A stretch of DNA of 64,000 nt from Bacillota bacterium (GCA_033549065.1 JAWSUE010000012.1:5222-69221); one strand, 5' to 3'. Shown: positions 10,065 to 20,580, counted from the first letter of the stretch. Numbers and translations: made by a program. The notes: generated by a model not told the origin, from the sequence alone.

Positions 10065-10916
10065 GTGCATAATTTAGCCTGGATCAACGGAAATATTGAT
10101 AATCTGGAAGGTGCAACTGTATCTCTTGAAGATCGCGGTTATCTGTTAGGTGATGGGATATATGAAGTAATCAGAGTTTTTAACAGCAAGCCATTTGCAC
10201 TTGAAGATCACCTGAACAGACTGCAGAACAGTGCAAAGGCAATAAAAATGGAACTGCCCTATTCGCTGGAAGATATTAACAATGCGATTGTGCAGTTGAT
10301 TGAAAAAGGTGAGTGTGCGGAGGGCTATCTCTACATTCAGGTTACCAGGGGCATTGCTCAACGCGATCACCTTTTCCCACCTGATGCGAAACCATCAATG
10401 ATCATGTATATCAGGGAGATGGCTCCACTTCCCGCGCTTGAGGATATAAAACCGGTAAAATGTATCACTCTGCCGGACGAAAGATGGCTCAACTGTTATA
10501 TCAAGACTGTGAATCTTCTCCCCAACCTGCTGGCCCGCCAGACTGCCGCCGAAGCGGGGGCAGTAGAAGCCATTCTATACCGCCAGGGAGGAATAGTCAC
10601 TGAAGGAACTCGTTCGAACCTTTTTACAGTAATCGACGGAATAGTCCGTACCCATCCTGCGACTAACTTGATCCTGCATGGAGTTACCAGGAAGATAGTC
10701 ATAGATATTTTGAAAACCGAGGGTGTAAAGGTATCTGAAACAGCTATCACCCTGGAAGAGCTGAAAAATGTTTCCGAAGCCTGGCTGACTTCGACGACAA
10801 TGGATGTTAACCCGATAGGCTGGATTGATGAATGTCCTGTCGGTGATTCTGCCCCCGGACCGATCTGCCGGAACCTGATGAATCAGTTCAGGGCTAAAGT
10901 TATGCAACTCTATTAG
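10065..10916 (+). CDS. class IV aminotransferase (D-amino-acid / branched-chain aminotransferase fold)
   Basis: 283 aa with fold-type IV PLP aminotransferase motifs (YEVIRV, VTRG, LPN..GVTR). GTG start. Confidence 0.8.
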   Translation: MHNLAWINGNIDNLEGATVSLEDRGYLLGDGIYEVIRVFNSKPFALEDHLNRLQNSAKAIKMELPYSLEDINNAIVQLIEKGECAEGYLYIQVTRGIAQRDHLFPPDAKPSMIMYIREMAPLPALEDIKPVKCITLPDERWLNCYIKTVNLLPNLLARQTAAEAGAVEAILYRQGGIVTEGTRSNLFTVIDGIVRTHPATNLILHGVTRKIVIDILKTEGVKVSETAITLEELKNVSEAWLTSTTMDVNPIGWIDECPVGDSAPGPICRNLMNQFRAKVMQLY

Positions 10917-10927
10917 GAGGGTTACTC

Positions 10928-12061
10928 TTGCAGGCTAAAGTTGCCACAATAGCTTCATACTTAGAAGACCTTGCACCCCGATCCTTTGCCCTTCCGGGCG
11001 ATAATGTGGGCCTGCAGGTAGGCAGCTTCGATAAATCCGTAGAGAAAATATATGTTGGCCTTGACCCCGACCCGGAAGTGATAAATGATGCTCTGGCCAT
11101 GGGCGCCGATCTACTTGTTACTCATCATCCATTCTATTACCAACCCCTTTCAGTAATTGATACTGCTTCCCCGACCGGCATGCTTACATCCCTGGCTCTG
11201 AAAAATGAACTGAGTATTTATAGTGCTCATACTAATTACGATTGCACCTTTGAAGGTGTCAGCTATCAGCTGGCCAGGGCAATGGGAATCAATTATCGGG
11301 AATCGTCGGTTATAGAGATCACCGGCAGCGATCAGCTCCTTAAACTGGTAGTATTCGTGCCGGTTGGTTACGAAGATACTGTTCGAAATGCCCTTTCCGC
11401 TTCGGGAGCAGGACATATAGGCAAATACAGCCACTGCACATTCCAGGTGGCAGGAACGGGAACTTTTATGCCTGAAGAAGGGGCAAAACCTTTTTTGGGC
11501 AGCAGCGGTAACCTGGAAAAAGTTGAAGAAATTCGCATTGAAACTATCTTACCCGCGAGTAAAAAAACTTTGGTTGTTGAAGCTTTAAAAGTTTCTCACC
11601 CCTACGAAGAAATTGCTTATGACCTGTATCCCCTGGCCCTGGAAGGAAATCCGGTCGGCCTGGGATTGATCCTTGATCTGGATGAACCTATGGATATAAC
11701 CGGAATTCTGGAGATCTGCCGGGAAAGTCTGATCAGTGAAGATATCCGCTATTACACCGGTAACCAAAAAGAATATAATAGAATTGCCTTGTGTGGGGGC
11801 AGTGGTGGATCATTAATTGAGAAAGCCGCTCTGGCAGGGGCTGAAATATTTGTCAGCGGAGATTTTCGCTATCATGACTTAAAATTCGCACAGGGATTGA
11901 ACCTGGATATTATCGATGCCGGACATGAAGCGACAGAATGGCCGGCGGTAATTTACCTGCGCGAGTACCTGGAGCAACGTCTGGAGTCAGATAGCTATAA
12001 GACAGAAGTATACCTTCAAACTTCTCTCCATACACAATGGAACAAACTGCAGGGTAGGTGA
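10928..12061 (+). CDS. Nif3-like dinuclear metal center protein (YqfO/GTP cyclohydrolase 1 type 2 homolog)
   Basis: Conserved NIF3 N- and C-terminal halves with an inserted domain. TTG start with an AGGAGG SD 7 nt upstream. Confidence 0.8.
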   Translation: MQAKVATIASYLEDLAPRSFALPGDNVGLQVGSFDKSVEKIYVGLDPDPEVINDALAMGADLLVTHHPFYYQPLSVIDTASPTGMLTSLALKNELSIYSAHTNYDCTFEGVSYQLARAMGINYRESSVIEITGSDQLLKLVVFVPVGYEDTVRNALSASGAGHIGKYSHCTFQVAGTGTFMPEEGAKPFLGSSGNLEKVEEIRIETILPASKKTLVVEALKVSHPYEEIAYDLYPLALEGNPVGLGLILDLDEPMDITGILEICRESLISEDIRYYTGNQKEYNRIALCGGSGGSLIEKAALAGAEIFVSGDFRYHDLKFAQGLNLDIIDAGHEATEWPAVIYLREYLEQRLESDSYKTEVYLQTSLHTQWNKLQGR

Positions 12062-12101
12062 AAGCCTACCCTGTTACTTTTTAAAGGAGGCAAAGAAAAG
12101 A

Positions 12102-12815
12102 GTGCAGCTTAAATTACTTTGGGAACTACAGGAGTTGGATTTATCCATCAGGGAGTTGGATCAAAAAATCGAAAATGCGCCACTGCAAAGTGGAGTTGAT
12201 GAAACAGAACAAGAGGTTGAAGAAGAAAAAAATGCTCTTGGCGAGCTTGAAAACCAGCTAAAAGCAGATCGGAAAACGATGAGGCAGTTGGAGATGGATA
12301 CCCAGAAAATTGATGATGACCGGAAGGAGCTAACCGATAACCTCTACAGCGGCAAAGTTACGAATGTAAAAGAGTTGGAACAGATGCACCGCAAACTGGA
12401 TCTGTTGGCAGCAGAAAAAAAGAAACTGGAAGACAAGATCATTGTTTTGATGGAATCAATTGAGGAACAGGAGAAAGCGATCGCCGATTTAGATAGCAAA
12501 CTGCAGGGAAGTGTAAGAGAACTTGAGAAAAAGAAAAACACCCTGGCGGCGGATCTCGAACGGTTTAAAGCTGAACGAGTTGAGCTGGAAGCAAAAAGAA
12601 ACCTTCAGGCGGATAAAATTGAACCGAAGTATATGAGCAAATACAATATTTTGGCGGCGAAAAATCAGGGAAAAGCCTTAGCGATGGTAACCAATGATCT
12701 TTGCGGGGGCTGCAAGGTTTTTATATCATCAGGTTTAAGCGGGCGGCTTTACAATCAAGACGCAATGGTGTATTGTGAAAACTGCGGGCGCCTGCTGGTC
12801 AGGTTTGACGACTGA
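12102..12815 (+). CDS. zinc-ribbon domain coiled-coil protein (COG1579-like)
   Basis: Long predicted coiled coil plus a C-terminal CxxC...CxxC zinc ribbon. This family typically follows the Nif3-like gene. Confidence 0.6.
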   Translation: MQLKLLWELQELDLSIRELDQKIENAPLQSGVDETEQEVEEEKNALGELENQLKADRKTMRQLEMDTQKIDDDRKELTDNLYSGKVTNVKELEQMHRKLDLLAAEKKKLEDKIIVLMESIEEQEKAIADLDSKLQGSVRELEKKKNTLAADLERFKAERVELEAKRNLQADKIEPKYMSKYNILAAKNQGKALAMVTNDLCGGCKVFISSGLSGRLYNQDAMVYCENCGRLLVRFDD

Positions 12816-12907
12816 CAGGCAGCTGCATTTTTTGCATTAAGACTATAAATATAAGATATTGATATAAATAACAGCGGAATTATTGGTATGAGCCGGAGGG
12901 ATTAATA

Positions 12908-13717
12908 GTGGCACGAAAAAAGATTAAAGCGAAAGATTTGAAGAAACAGCGGTGGGCGGCGATTATCGCCGGGGTACTTGCTGTGGGGATGCTTGCTTCA
13001 CTGGGAGGGGTTTACCTGGCCCAGAGCATGGGGAACAGTACGCCGAGCCTTCCGGGACAGGCTAACGATCCACAACCTGAAGATTACCTTGCCTACTACA
13101 AAGCGGAAGTGGAAAGGCTTGAAACTTACCTGCAGGAGCATGAACCAACAGTACCTGTGCTGATGGAATTGGCGGAGAATTATCGGTATCTGACTTTTAT
13201 CCAGCAGGTATTTTTTGATGATGATGATGAAACTCTGCAGGATTATCAGATCAAGCTGGCTTCGGTTTACCAGTCTCTTATCGATCTTGAACCCGATAAA
13301 CCGGAATATCGTTTGGAACTGATCTATCTCTATCTTGAATCGGGTGGGGATCTTCAGCCGGCTTATGACCAGGTAACCCTCCTGCGTCAGCAGCTGCGGG
13401 AGAATCCGGATCCGCTGGTTCACCTCTCGCTGGTCGGAATTCTTAATTCCGCGGGCGAGAAAGAACTACTGGAAGATGATCTTGATTGGCTGTACGGGTA
13501 TCTCGATGAGAAAGTTACATCTGACACAGCAAGCAATGAAGAGCGCTTCTACTATGCTGTTCTGCTGGGTGAATATCTGGATGACCAGGCAACTGCAGAA
13601 ACAGTTTTGTTGGATATAATGGAGCAGGAAAATGAAGAAAGTCAAATTTACCAGGAGGCAATGAATTACCTTAACTACCTTTCCGGTGACAGCGCCTCCA
13701 TCGAATCAGGCGAATAA
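12908..13717 (+). CDS. hypothetical membrane-anchored acidic protein
   Basis: N-terminal basic segment plus one TM helix, then an acidic helical region. GTG start with a GGAGGG SD. Confidence 0.4.
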   Translation: MARKKIKAKDLKKQRWAAIIAGVLAVGMLASLGGVYLAQSMGNSTPSLPGQANDPQPEDYLAYYKAEVERLETYLQEHEPTVPVLMELAENYRYLTFIQQVFFDDDDETLQDYQIKLASVYQSLIDLEPDKPEYRLELIYLYLESGGDLQPAYDQVTLLRQQLRENPDPLVHLSLVGILNSAGEKELLEDDLDWLYGYLDEKVTSDTASNEERFYYAVLLGEYLDDQATAETVLLDIMEQENEESQIYQEAMNYLNYLSGDSASIESGE

Positions 13718-13746
13718 TAACTGGAAGGATGCGTTACTGAAGTTCT

Positions 13747-14514
13747 ATGGAAAGAAAAGAACTGATCCGCCTCTTTGAGGATTTACGTAAGCGGTTAATT
13801 ATAATTACTGTAGTAGTATTTGTTTTTGCAGTGATCAGTTTTACCTTCAGCGACTATATTCGTCATTTAATGCTTATCCCCGGCGACCTGGCTTATTCTA
13901 GATTTCTGGGGGAAGGGCATGAACTGCAGTTGATTTTTCTCACACCTTCGGAAGCTCTTCTGGCCAATATCAGGCTGGCTTTTATAACGAGCGCAACGGT
14001 TACCCTGCCGATAATACTCTATCAACTGCTGGCTATCGTTACAACAGTTGTCCGCATGCCCAGAAGATCGGCTCTTATATTAACTTTAATTATGTATGTT
14101 CTATTCGCAATGGGTATTGCCTTTGCCTATTTTGTGGTTCTCCCCTTCGCACTAAATTTTTTCATCGGTTTTTCAGGGCCAGATCTAGTTCCCAACTTCA
14201 GTTTTGCCCGCTACATAGCTTTTATAACTTCATTTGTTTTTTCATTTGGCCTGGTCTTCCAGCTTCCTGTTCTTTTCTGGTTCCTGGGCAGTATAGGCCT
14301 GGTAAACACCGGATTTTTGCGTAAAAACCGTAAGTTTGCCCTATTAATAATTGTAATTTTTTCTGCGGTTCTGACCCCCCCCGACATCTTCTCCCAGGTT
14401 CTCATGGCTATTCCACTCATGATGCTGTACGAATTGGGCATTTTCATGGTTTATCTTGCCTGGCGTAAGAAAGCCCGCCGGATTACAGCCGATACTCCGG
14501 AAGTTCAGGAATAA
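13747..14514 (+). CDS. tatC: twin-arginine translocase subunit TatC
   Basis: Six-TM profile and TatC sequence signatures (LxxRLIxxxxxFxxx, PPDxxSQ). Confidence 0.85.
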   Translation: MERKELIRLFEDLRKRLIIITVVVFVFAVISFTFSDYIRHLMLIPGDLAYSRFLGEGHELQLIFLTPSEALLANIRLAFITSATVTLPIILYQLLAIVTTVVRMPRRSALILTLIMYVLFAMGIAFAYFVVLPFALNFFIGFSGPDLVPNFSFARYIAFITSFVFSFGLVFQLPVLFWFLGSIGLVNTGFLRKNRKFALLIIVIFSAVLTPPDIFSQVLMAIPLMMLYELGIFMVYLAWRKKARRITADTPEVQE

Positions 14515-14607
14515 CCTGCAATGCAGTCATAATGCAGGGAAAAGAAATGAACTTGTAGAAATTCTTCCAAAGATCAAAAATCATGTACAGAAAGGCAGTC
14601 GATATCT

Positions 14608-16140
14608 ATGAAGTTGGCCGGTAACGGTGAATACCGTGGTGATTTGCTAAATAATAAGCCACATGGCAAGGGGACTGTAACCTGGCCGGACGGAAGCCGG
14701 TATAGCGGTGACTGGGAACACGGTTTATTCCATGGTGAGGGCACTTTTATCTGGTCTAACGGTGATAAATATGAAGGTCAGTGGTATAAGGACCGGATGC
14801 ACGGTAAGGGGACCTATATATTTGCCGATTGGCGCCGCTACGAAGGCGAGTGGGAAAATGATCAGATGCAGGGTTACGGCATCTATTACTGGCCGAGCGG
14901 TGAGAAGTACGAAGGAGATTTTGTTGGCGGCCTCTACGAGGGTGATGGAACCTACTCCTGGCCTGACGGGAAAAGTTATCGTGGAGAGTGGAAAAATTCT
15001 TTTCGACACGGTGAAGGAGATATGATCTGGCCAGATGGGAGAACATATACGGGGCAATGGTTTGAAGATCGCCGGCAGGGCAGTGGAGTGCAGATCTGGC
15101 CTGCCGGGAGAAAATATGAAGGGCAATGGAAAGAAGGCCGCATGCATGGAAGCGGTTGTTTTACTTTTACCGATGGTTCAAAATTTGAAGGTTATTTCAA
15201 AGAAGGAGAATTTACTGCAAAGGGCAGTTTCTGCTTTTCTGATGGAGCAATTTTCGGGGGGCGACTTGAGGAAGGGTTGCCTTCCGGAAAAGGGATGGTT
15301 CTTTTTCCCGACGGGAGAAAGTTTAAAGGTGAATTTGAGTACGGAATTGATACCGGACAGGGTGTTTTATACTATCCGAATGGTTCAAAGTACACTGGAG
15401 AGAGTAAAAACAATTTACCGCATGGAGAGGGAACAATAACTTTTCATGATGGTTCCAGATTTTCCGGTTTATTTCGTAAAGGCAGGCCGACAAACAACGG
15501 CAGGTATTATTTTGCCGACGGTTCAACCTATCAGGGTGAGCTGAATTACGGCCGGCCGAACGGAAATGGGGTAATAACCGGTAAAGCGGGTTTTTCCTAC
15601 AGCGGCGATTTCGTTGATGGTTACAGGTCTGGAGATGGAGTTCAGGTGTGGTCGGACGGAGCTGAATATTCAGGCCAGTGGTTTGAAGATGAGATGCATG
15701 GTGAAGGGACCTATAAAGCTGCAAATGGTGATTTTTATGAAGGTCAGTTTGTACAGGGTCGATGGAATGGAAAGGGTACCCTGACCCGCAGTGACGGTTC
15801 GGTATGGCAGGGTGACTGGAAAAATGGTTTACTGCATGGTCGGGTCAGCTGCCGATTTGCCGATGGTGGGCACTATAACGGTGAATTCTCTGAAGGTAAG
15901 TTTTCCGGTCATGGAGTGCGTATATGGCCAGATGGCCGTGAGTATCTGGGCCGATGGTGGAATGGTCATCCAAACGGGAAGGGAACAATGAAACATGCAG
16001 ATGGTCGTTCGCATACCGGGTTCTGGTTTTTTGGACGCGAAATTGGTGTGCATTCTATCGGCTCCGGCAGGGTTGAATCAAAAAGAGGTATCTGGTTTTT
16101 TGGGTACGGTCCATTCCTGGTTCGGGATTACGGTAGATAA
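14608..16140 (+). CDS. MORN-repeat protein
   Basis: About 20 tandem YxGxWxxGxxHGxG MORN repeats. Confidence 0.8.
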   Translation: MKLAGNGEYRGDLLNNKPHGKGTVTWPDGSRYSGDWEHGLFHGEGTFIWSNGDKYEGQWYKDRMHGKGTYIFADWRRYEGEWENDQMQGYGIYYWPSGEKYEGDFVGGLYEGDGTYSWPDGKSYRGEWKNSFRHGEGDMIWPDGRTYTGQWFEDRRQGSGVQIWPAGRKYEGQWKEGRMHGSGCFTFTDGSKFEGYFKEGEFTAKGSFCFSDGAIFGGRLEEGLPSGKGMVLFPDGRKFKGEFEYGIDTGQGVLYYPNGSKYTGESKNNLPHGEGTITFHDGSRFSGLFRKGRPTNNGRYYFADGSTYQGELNYGRPNGNGVITGKAGFSYSGDFVDGYRSGDGVQVWSDGAEYSGQWFEDEMHGEGTYKAANGDFYEGQFVQGRWNGKGTLTRSDGSVWQGDWKNGLLHGRVSCRFADGGHYNGEFSEGKFSGHGVRIWPDGREYLGRWWNGHPNGKGTMKHADGRSHTGFWFFGREIGVHSIGSGRVESKRGIWFFGYGPFLVRDYGR

Positions 16141-16256
16141 TCGTGCAGAATTTGACATGATATCATCGACATGTTAGCATTTTTAAAGTACAGCTATTAA
16201 ATAATAGTTCTGTTCATCAAGATGCAGCCTAAGGATTTTGAAAGGAGAGAACACCT

Positions 16257-16745
16257 TTGATCAATGAAACTGAAAAGAAAGTATATGATACCCTTGAAGG
16301 ACTTGGAATTAGTTATAAAAGGTACGAGCATCCGCCGGTTTTTACCGTTGATGAAGCAAAACAATACTGGCAGAATATTGAAGGAGCTCACTCAAAGAAT
16401 TTATTTTTAAGAAACAATAAAGGCAATCGCCATTACCTTGTAGTCCTGGAAGATACAAAAACTGCCGACATTGGTGGTTTATCTGAAAAGCTTGCATCCG
16501 GAAAGCTGAGTTTTGCTTCCGAGCGCCGCCTTATGGAGCATCTTGGTCTCGAAACCGGAGCTGTATCCCCCCTGGGGATAATCAATGATCTAAAAAAAGC
16601 TGTTACCCTCGTTCTTGATAAAGATTTAAAGCGACATGAAACTGTAAATTTTCACCCCAATGTTAATACGGCAACAATCAGTATCGCTTACAATGATTTT
16701 GAAAAGTTTCTAAAGCATTTTGGAAATGAGATAGTTTATATTTAA
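16257..16745 (+). CDS. YbaK/ProX-type aminoacyl-tRNA deacylase domain protein
   Basis: Similarity to the prolyl-tRNA synthetase associated/YbaK domain. TTG start with an AAGGAGAG SD. Confidence 0.65.
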   Translation: MINETEKKVYDTLEGLGISYKRYEHPPVFTVDEAKQYWQNIEGAHSKNLFLRNNKGNRHYLVVLEDTKTADIGGLSEKLASGKLSFASERRLMEHLGLETGAVSPLGIINDLKKAVTLVLDKDLKRHETVNFHPNVNTATISIAYNDFEKFLKHFGNEIVYI

Positions 16746-16787
16746 ACCTGATTTATTTGCAGGGCAGATATTTATGGAGGACCTTTC

Positions 16788-18581
16788 ATGAAGGAGTTAA
16801 AAAGCATACAGGGGTTTTTACAACAGGTAACCGGAGCTTTTGCCGGAGTGGTTGATATTGAGATCGGGGTTATCAGTAAACGCCTGGAAGTAATAGCCGG
16901 AAGCGGCTATTTCGAAAAAGAGGTTGGGGTGGTTTATGACGAAGGCTGCATGACTTCCAAGATATTGTCATCACCGCATAACGATTCAATATTAGTCGAA
17001 AATACCACTCATGCTGTATGCTGTGCCGACTGTGATTACTCTGCCAGATGTGACGTTCTTGCATTCATGATGATGCCCATCCTTTTTAATGAAGAAAAAA
17101 TAGGCAGTATATCATTGCTGGCTCTTACCGAACAGCAGCGTCGTAAACTGCTGAATCAGTATGAAAAAATGCAAAACTTCCTCAATAAACTATGTAATAT
17201 GATAACTATCTCCCTGAATGAAAAGAAAATGGAAAGCAGGATTACCAGCCTGATGAACCAGTTCAGGGATGTTATTAATTCTGTATATGAAGGGGTTATT
17301 GCCTTCAATTCACAGGGCAGAATAACCAATATCAATAATGCGGCCAGGCAGATTTTAAGTCTTAAGTTGGATAGTCACCTGGGTGAGCATATAAGCGTCC
17401 TCTTTCCTGACTTTAACCTGAATGAAGTTTTCAACAGGCAGGAAACTGAAGACGACAGCCAGTACTACGGTAAAGAGATTATCTATATCGATTCGGATAA
17501 CGAACAGCTGCGCCTTTATTATAATATTACACTTATGTATGAGGATGATCGCATTTCCGGGGCGGTAATATCTTTTCGTAAAAAAGAAGAAGTGGAGGAA
17601 ATGGCCAACCGGATTATCAAGGAAAACAAAAAAACAACTTTTTCGGGGATTATCGGTACCAGCAGTGAATTAAACGAGATAAAGAAAAAGATGAAACTGA
17701 TAGCCTCCACTGATTCAACAGTATTGATTCGTGGTGAAACCGGTACGGGAAAATCAGTATTCGCCCGGGCCATACACGAAGAAAGTCCGAGAAGGGGCAA
17801 GCCTTTTATCTCGATCAGCTGTGCGGCCATTCCTGCTCCCCTGCTGGAATCTGAACTTTTCGGTTATGAAGAGGGTGCGTTTACCGGCGCCCGTAAAGGT
17901 GGAAAACCCGGTAAGTTTGAAATGGCCCATGAAGGAACAATCTTTTTGGACGAGATTGGTGATATGCCCCTTGATTTCCAGGTTAAATTGCTCCATGTGA
18001 TTGAGAATAAAAATATTGCACGAATCGGCGGTGTTTCTTTCAGGGATGTAGATGTTCGCATTATTGCCGCTACCAACCGCAACCTGGAAGAACTGATCGG
18101 GGAAGGGAAATTCAGGGAAGATCTTTTCTATCGTATCAATGTTATACCTTTCACCCTGCCTCTTCTCCGGGATCGCAAGGATGATATTTTGCTCTTAATG
18201 CATCATTTTCTTGATTACTATTCAAAGCGTCTGAATAAAAATGTAATTGGTTTCCAGGATGATGCCAGGGAGGCCATGCTGGTTTACCCCTGGCCGGGGA
18301 ATGTCCGTGAGCTGGAAAATGCCATAGAATACGCCATAAATATCGAATCTGATTCCAAAATTTCAAGGAAGAGCCTTCCCGAAAAAATTACCAGGCATTA
18401 CGGAGTTGCTGATCCAGGTGGATTTGAAGATTTGACAATACTGGAGAAAAAGGCCATTAAAGCGGCTTTGCTTAAATACGGGAATACCACTTTTGGAAAA
18501 GAAAAAGCAGCATCAGCCCTTGGCATTAGCAGGGCAACACTTTATCGAAAACTTAAATCAATCCAGCAGGATGTTTCTTGA
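16788..18581 (+). CDS. sigma-54-dependent transcriptional activator (N-terminal sensor domain, PAS, AAA+ sigma-54 interaction domain, Fis-type HTH)
   Basis: Walker A GETGTGKS, the GAFTGA motif, an [15 protein letters not shown] segment and a C-terminal HTH_8. It is paralogous to the gene at 54622..56421. Confidence 0.9.
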   Translation: MKELKSIQGFLQQVTGAFAGVVDIEIGVISKRLEVIAGSGYFEKEVGVVYDEGCMTSKILSSPHNDSILVENTTHAVCCADCDYSARCDVLAFMMMPILFNEEKIGSISLLALTEQQRRKLLNQYEKMQNFLNKLCNMITISLNEKKMESRITSLMNQFRDVINSVYEGVIAFNSQGRITNINNAARQILSLKLDSHLGEHISVLFPDFNLNEVFNRQETEDDSQYYGKEIIYIDSDNEQLRLYYNITLMYEDDRISGAVISFRKKEEVEEMANRIIKENKKTTFSGIIGTSSELNEIKKKMKLIASTDSTVLIRGETGTGKSVFARAIHEESPRRGKPFISISCAAIPAPLLESELFGYEEGAFTGARKGGKPGKFEMAHEGTIFLDEIGDMPLDFQVKLLHVIENKNIARIGGVSFRDVDVRIIAATNRNLEELIGEGKFREDLFYRINVIPFTLPLLRDRKDDILLLMHHFLDYYSKRLNKNVIGFQDDAREAMLVYPWPGNVRELENAIEYAINIESDSKISRKSLPEKITRHYGVADPGGFEDLTILEKKAIKAALLKYGNTTFGKEKAASALGISRATLYRKLKSIQQDVS

Positions 18582-18583
18582 TA

Positions 18584-18607
18584 TGAGAAAACTTCTCATA
18601 TTGAGAA
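18584..18607. promoter_or_regulatory. putative enhancer (UAS) site: TGAGAA / TTCTCATATTGAGAA palindromic half-sites
   Basis: The perfect inverted repeat TTCTC-N5-GAGAA lies about 160 bp upstream of the sigma-54 promoter, directly after the activator gene. Confidence 0.4.
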
Positions 18608-18661
18608 AACAGCAGCATTCGCTTATTTAGCCGTCTTTAAAATATTCTGATGATTTTAATT

Positions 18662-18676
18662 TTCTCATATTGAGAA
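18662..18676. promoter_or_regulatory. second copy of the putative enhancer palindrome TTCTCATATTGAGAA
   Basis: An exact repeat of the 15-bp palindrome, about 90 bp upstream of the -24 element. Confidence 0.4.
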
Positions 18677-18759
18677 ATATGGACTGTTTCAATTAAGAAA
18701 TGGTCTTTTATTATGCTTAATTTAATAGGTTTTTTTAAGCATGGCTCTCTGTTGTTTTA

Positions 18760-18775
18760 TGGCATGACTATTGCT
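18760..18775 (+). promoter_or_regulatory. sigma-54 (-24/-12) promoter TGGCAT-N5-TTGCT
   Basis: The GG and GC dinucleotides are spaced exactly as in the TGGCAC-N5-TTGCA consensus. It lies about 160 nt upstream of the BCCT gene. Confidence 0.6.
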
Positions 18776-18937
18776 TTATTAATAATTTAGCAGTTAGTAA
18801 GCATTTTTAATTCTGGTTAAATGCTCTCGAGCATCTTATCGGTGTTGTTTATTTTTGTTTTATTAGAAAGGGGATGTTAGATGGGGAAAGTAGTCGTGCC
18901 GTTTTTCCGCAAATAAATTTTAAGGAGGTATTTTGAT

Positions 18938-20512
18938 TTGCAAAACGGAGGTAGTCTTTATACAAAACCAACATTTTTAATTGCTCTTATCGTAATGGTA
19001 ATCTTTGTTTTATTAGGTGCTGCTGCGCCGGAGGCTTTTGGTGTCGCAACAGGTAATGTTTTTAGCTATATGGTTGATTCTTGGGGCTGGTCGTTTATCC
19101 TTGGCACCAGTATCTTTCTTTTTTTGATAGTTTTCTTACTGCTAAGTCCTGTTGGTGAGATTAAACTTGGTGGAGACGATGAGAAGCCCGCATACAACAA
19201 TGAAGTCTGGTTTGCTATGCTCTTCAGCTGCGGCATGGGTATCGGCCTGCTTTTCTGGGGTGTATCCGAGCCGATCTGGCATTACATGTGGCCGCCGCTT
19301 GGAGAAGCTGGTAATGCCGGGACTATTCACGTGGCTATGCGCTATGCTTTCTTCCACTGGGGCTTCCACCCCTGGGCTATTTATGCAGTAGTGGCCGGCT
19401 CACTGGCCTACTTCTCTTACCGCAAAGGTTTGCCCATGCTGCTCAGTTCATGCCTGGAGCCTATCCTTGGCCGTAAAGGAATTGAAGGTCCCTGGGGTAT
19501 TCTGGTAAATATCATCGGTGTATTTGCCACCCTCTTCGGCCTGGCCACATCGTTGGGTCTCGGGGCTATGCAGCTTGGCGCCGGATTGGAAAGCCTTTTC
19601 GGTATTCCTAGCACTCCGGCAATTTGGGTTACTATTGTGATAGTTATAACTGCCGCAGCGGTTATCTCAACTTCGACCGGTATTGATCGCGGCATTAAGT
19701 GGTTGAGCCAGATTAATATCGTGGTAGCCGGTTTGTTGATGCTGTTGGTATTTATTGTCGGTCCGACCCTCTTTATTCTTAACCTTTTAACCCACTCTGT
19801 CGGTGATTATCTGCAGAATATCATCTACATGTCGTTCGGACTTGATGCTGCCGGAGAAAATACTGAAGGTTGGTATGGAGCCTGGACCATCTTCTACTGG
19901 GCCTGGTGGATTGCCTGGGCACCTTTTGTAGGTACCTTTATTGCCCGTATTTCGAGAGGCCGGACGATCCGCAACTTTATTGTCGGTGTTATGCTTGTTC
20001 CTGTTGCTGTCAGCGTTGTCTGGTTCTCCGTTTTTGGTGGTTCAGCCCTCTGGATGGAGCACTTTGGCGGTGGCGGTATCGGGGAAGCAGTATCAGCTGA
20101 TTCCGCGATGGGTTTCTTTGCCTTGTTGCAGAATCTGCCGTGGTCTGGCTTACTGATAGTTGTTGCCATGTTTTCGGTGGCAGTGTTCTTCATTACATCC
20201 TCAGACTCGGGGACCTATGTTAATGGTATGCTTACATCAGGCGGAGATCCTAACCCGCCTCTGCCCCTGAGGATTACCTGGGGAGTTCTTGAAGGAGCTA
20301 TCGCTGCCATTCTGCTCTTTACCGGCGGCGCCGGTGCTTTGGGTTCACTTCAGACAGCATCTGTTGTTGGAGGGTTTCCCTTCATGATTATTATGTTCCT
20401 GATGCTATACTGCCTTTTCAAGTCACTCTATGCAGAGATGCGCGATGGTACTCTACCTCTGGAGAAAAAGCGGATCCAGGATGCTCTGAAGGAATTGCAA
20501 GCTGGTAAATAA
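18938..20512 (+). CDS. BCCT family (betaine/carnitine/choline) transporter
   Basis: Twelve-TM profile and the BCCT signature region WTIFYWAWWIAWAPFVG. TTG start with an AAGGAGG SD. Confidence 0.9.
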   Translation: MQNGGSLYTKPTFLIALIVMVIFVLLGAAAPEAFGVATGNVFSYMVDSWGWSFILGTSIFLFLIVFLLLSPVGEIKLGGDDEKPAYNNEVWFAMLFSCGMGIGLLFWGVSEPIWHYMWPPLGEAGNAGTIHVAMRYAFFHWGFHPWAIYAVVAGSLAYFSYRKGLPMLLSSCLEPILGRKGIEGPWGILVNIIGVFATLFGLATSLGLGAMQLGAGLESLFGIPSTPAIWVTIVIVITAAAVISTSTGIDRGIKWLSQINIVVAGLLMLLVFIVGPTLFILNLLTHSVGDYLQNIIYMSFGLDAAGENTEGWYGAWTIFYWAWWIAWAPFVGTFIARISRGRTIRNFIVGVMLVPVAVSVVWFSVFGGSALWMEHFGGGGIGEAVSADSAMGFFALLQNLPWSGLLIVVAMFSVAVFFITSSDSGTYVNGMLTSGGDPNPPLPLRITWGVLEGAIAAILLFTGGAGALGSLQTASVVGGFPFMIIMFLMLYCLFKSLYAEMRDGTLPLEKKRIQDALKELQAGK

Positions 20513-20547
20513 AGAAAAAGCAATATATAGTAGAGTTAAGGTATATT

Positions 20548-20580
20548 CCGCCGGATGCACTTTGCATCCGGCGGTTTATG
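20548..20580 (+). terminator. rho-independent terminator
   Basis: A CCGCCGGATGCA-CTT-TGCATCCGGCGG hairpin is followed by TTTATG. Confidence 0.55.
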
